A stretch of 4,626 nt of DNA from a virus (lineage: Duplodnaviria > Heunggongvirae > Uroviricota > Caudoviricetes). The stretch lies in the IMG/VR virus record IMGVR_UViG_2698536414_000004; one strand, 5' to 3'. Below the pieces are notes generated by a model, which made no database searches, was not told the DNA's origin, and saw nothing but the letters and a program-made list of their open reading frames with translations. Shown in pieces: positions 1 to 4,626 of this stretch. Both the position numbers and the translations under genes were made by a program. Every line of letters starts with the position of its first letter. The first letter of the stretch is position 1.

Positions 1-3007
<3,007 letters not shown>

Positions 3008-3008
<1 letters not shown>

Positions 3009-3307
3009 TGGCACAGGGTTTACAATGCTGGGATGCATCTGGACGATTAATTGTCGATATTGGTGATTACAACATGCGGTACATGGGATCAGTCAATCTT
3101 AATGTATCGGCTGGTAGTACTACATCATGGAATGTAGCCTGGTCGGGTATGCGTCCAACGGGTTGGTTGGCAGTAATGCGAGTGAGTCAGTACTGGAATG
3201 AGTTTTACTGTATTCCGGGTACTAACGCTTTCACCGTTCAATATCTTCCAGTGAGTGGCGTTTATGCCCAAACATTAACATTCGATATATACAAATATGA
3301 CGTGTAA
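3008..3307 (+). CDS. Hypothetical protein, small tail-tip-associated module (about 99 aa); paralogous to the N-terminus of the next ORF
   Basis: ORF in the -1 frame relative to the J-like gene. ATG at 3008 overlaps the J stop (TAATG); an alternative GTG lies at 3002. Stop TAA 3305-3307. N-terminus MAQGLQCWDASGRLIVDIGD aligns with MSGFQVYNSAGALTIDSD of the next ORF. No signal peptide. Only weak G-rich Shine-Dalgarno (GGGG at 2996-2999), so expression probably depends on translational coupling. Confidence 0.6.
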
Positions 3308-3315
3308 GGATCACT

Positions 3316-3963
3316 ATGTCAGGTTTTCAGGTTTACAATTCAGCAGGTGCTCTTACGATAGATTCCGATAATAAATCGGTCGTAATGAGTTCCGTTAAAG
3401 CAATGGGCACACTCTCAGATACAGGGTATTACCTCATTAACAGTGCTTTTGGTAATGGCAGTACGTTGGGGTATCTGCCTCTAAATTTCTTCCCCAATAC
3501 GGGACTACGCTGGTTCCAGCTACAGACAAATGGAAAGTACTGTTTTCCCGGCTCGGCAATGTTCGAGGCAGGTTCAGGGCGGTTCATGCTCTCCAGTAAT
3601 ACCACGGCTCTTACATCGGGCTATCTCGATGTGTATAACAGTGCTGGAACATTGATCTGGTCTGCTGCCAGTGCGGGTACAATGCCACGTATTCAGGGTT
3701 TCCTTACCGTGCCATCCTCTCATGATCTCGGTACTGCCTTGACGCTTACGACGAGTTTTGCCGATCCGTGGATATGCATTAGTCAGTGTCCGGGCAACAT
3801 ATCCGATGATGGCGGCACAGTTGGCTATTCCGGCATTCTCATTAAAAGGAATAGCAGTACTTCATTCTCTTTACAGTATGTGAATAAGAACCAGAAGGCA
3901 TATCGACAGGCAATGGGGAACAGCGGATTTCAAATTGCTTTAGCAAGTTTCACTGGTTATTGA
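3316..3963 (+). CDS. Hypothetical protein (215 aa), internally duplicated two-module protein; candidate tail-tip / receptor-binding accessory of unknown function
   Basis: ATG at 3316 preceded by Shine-Dalgarno AAGGA (3306-3310, 5 nt spacer); stop TGA 3961-3963. N-terminal GFQVYNSAGALTID is repeated at residue ~102 as GYLDVYNSAGTLIW (nt 3619 onward). Ser/Thr/Gly/Asn-rich, no hydrophobic leader. Confidence 0.7.
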   Translation: MSGFQVYNSAGALTIDSDNKSVVMSSVKAMGTLSDTGYYLINSAFGNGSTLGYLPLNFFPNTGLRWFQLQTNGKYCFPGSAMFEAGSGRFMLSSNTTALTSGYLDVYNSAGTLIWSAASAGTMPRIQGFLTVPSSHDLGTALTLTTSFADPWICISQCPGNISDDGGTVGYSGILIKRNSSTSFSLQYVNKNQKAYRQAMGNSGFQIALASFTGY

Positions 3964-3999
3964 TATAAATACTCATAATAACAATAATAAGGCATAATG

Positions 4000-4022
4000 G
4001 GTGATGCTGCCAACTTACTGAT
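4000..4022 (+). repeat. IS1 left terminal inverted repeat (IRL)
   Basis: ggtgatgctgccaacttactgat; imperfect inverted copy of 93-115. Confidence 0.9.
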
Positions 4023-4054
4023 TTAGTGTATGATGGTGTTTTTGAGGTGCTCCA
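4000..4054 (+). promoter_or_regulatory. IS1 left-end region upstream of insA (expected location of the insA promoter and InsA operator within the IRL)
   Basis: Established IS1 biology: the insA promoter lies in the left end and is repressed by InsA binding the terminal repeat. The position is inferred from that knowledge; I did not map -10/-35 elements. Confidence 0.5.
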
Positions 4055-4330
4055 GTGGCTTCTGTTTCTATCAGCTGTCCCTCCTGTTCAGCTACTGACG
4101 GGGTGGTGCGTAACGGCAAAAGCACCGCCGGACATCAGCGCTATCTCTGCTCTCACTGCCGTAAAACATGGCAACTGCAGTTCACTTACACCGCTTCTCA
4201 ACCCGGTACGCACCAGAAAATCATTGATATGGCCATGAATGGCGTTGGATGCCGGGCAACAGCCCGCATTATGGGCGTTGGCCTCAACACGATTTTACGT
4301 CACTTAAAAAACTCAGGCCGCAGTCGGTAA
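4055..4330 (+). CDS. insA: IS1 transposition inhibitor / DNA-binding protein InsA
   Basis: GTG start at 4055, stop TAA 4328-4330. 91 aa, [40 protein letters not shown]...LKNSGRSR; the zinc-finger-like CxxC...CxxC and the rest match InsA. Confidence 0.95.
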
Positions 4331-4626
4331 CCTCGCGCATACAGCCGGGCAGTGACGTCATCGTCTGCGCGGAAATGGACGAACAGTGGGGCTATGTCGG
4401 GGCTAAATCGTGCCAGCGCTGGCTGTTTTACGCGTATGACAGGCTCCGGAAGACGGTTGTTGCGCACGTATTCGGTGAACGCACGATGGCGACGCTGGGG
4501 CGTCTTATGAGCCTGCTGTCACCCTTTGACGTGGTGATATGGATGACGGATGGCTGGCCGCTGTATGAATCCCGCCTGAAGGGAAAGCTGCACGTAATCA
4601 GCAAGCGATATACGCAGCGAATTGAG
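4249..4626 (+). CDS. insB: IS1 transposase InsB (made as InsAB' fusion by -1 frameshift), 3' partial; continues beyond window end
   Basis: -1 frame relative to insA. From ATG 4249: [125 protein letters not shown], open to the last base of the window. Confidence 0.93.
4306..4312 (+). other. IS1 programmed -1 ribosomal frameshift slippery motif (A6C) joining insA and insB frames
   Basis: ttAAAAAACtc at 4304-4314, inside the insA/insB overlap (insB frame opens at 4249, insA stops at 4330). Established IS1 mechanism. Confidence 0.85.

Larger units (their letters stand above)
4000..4626 (+). mobile_element. IS1-family insertion sequence, first 627 bp (copy B; 3' 141 bp lies outside the window)
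   Basis: Begins GGTGATGCTGCCAACTTACTGATTTAGTGTATGATGG, the IS1 left end. Contains insA, the A6C frameshift motif and insB in the canonical arrangement. GC-rich relative to the cargo. Confidence 0.97.

Noticed and set aside
4026-4238. 70-aa ORF in an alternative frame overlapping insA
   Set aside because: Lies inside IS1 where the coding frames are established (insA, then -1 into insB); this is the third frame and has no support.
4411-4413. Possible isoform-specific substitution in InsB (codon tgc, Cys, where I recall Arg in the K-12 IS1 InsB sequence AKS-R-QRW)
   Set aside because: Rests only on my memory of the reference sequence; IS1 isoforms differ at several positions and I cannot verify this without an alignment.

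Overview
This window is a phage-derived tail-tip locus bracketed by two partial copies of insertion sequence IS1, both on the + strand. Positions 1-115 are the last 115 bp of an IS1 (InsB C-terminus, stop at 98-100, right inverted repeat at 93-115). Positions 4000-4626 are the first 627 bp of an IS1 (left inverted repeat, insA, A6C frameshift site, most of insB). The 3884 bp between them (116-3999) is visibly more AT-rich and carries three co-directional, tightly packed genes. The first is a large lambda-gpJ-like host specificity / central tail fiber gene whose 5' end is cut off by the upstream IS1; the open frame crosses the IS1 boundary and its only nearby start is a TTG inside the IS1 terminus. 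The other two are small ORFs of unknown function (3008-3307, 3316-3963) that share an N-terminal motif with each other and with the extreme C-terminus of the J-like protein. I see no RNA genes, CRISPR arrays or recognisable defence or toxin genes. The most interesting open questions are the function of the two small paralogous genes and the IS1-cargo-IS1 arrangement. All homology statements rest on reading the translations and on my recollection of IS1 and lambda J sequences; no database search was run.
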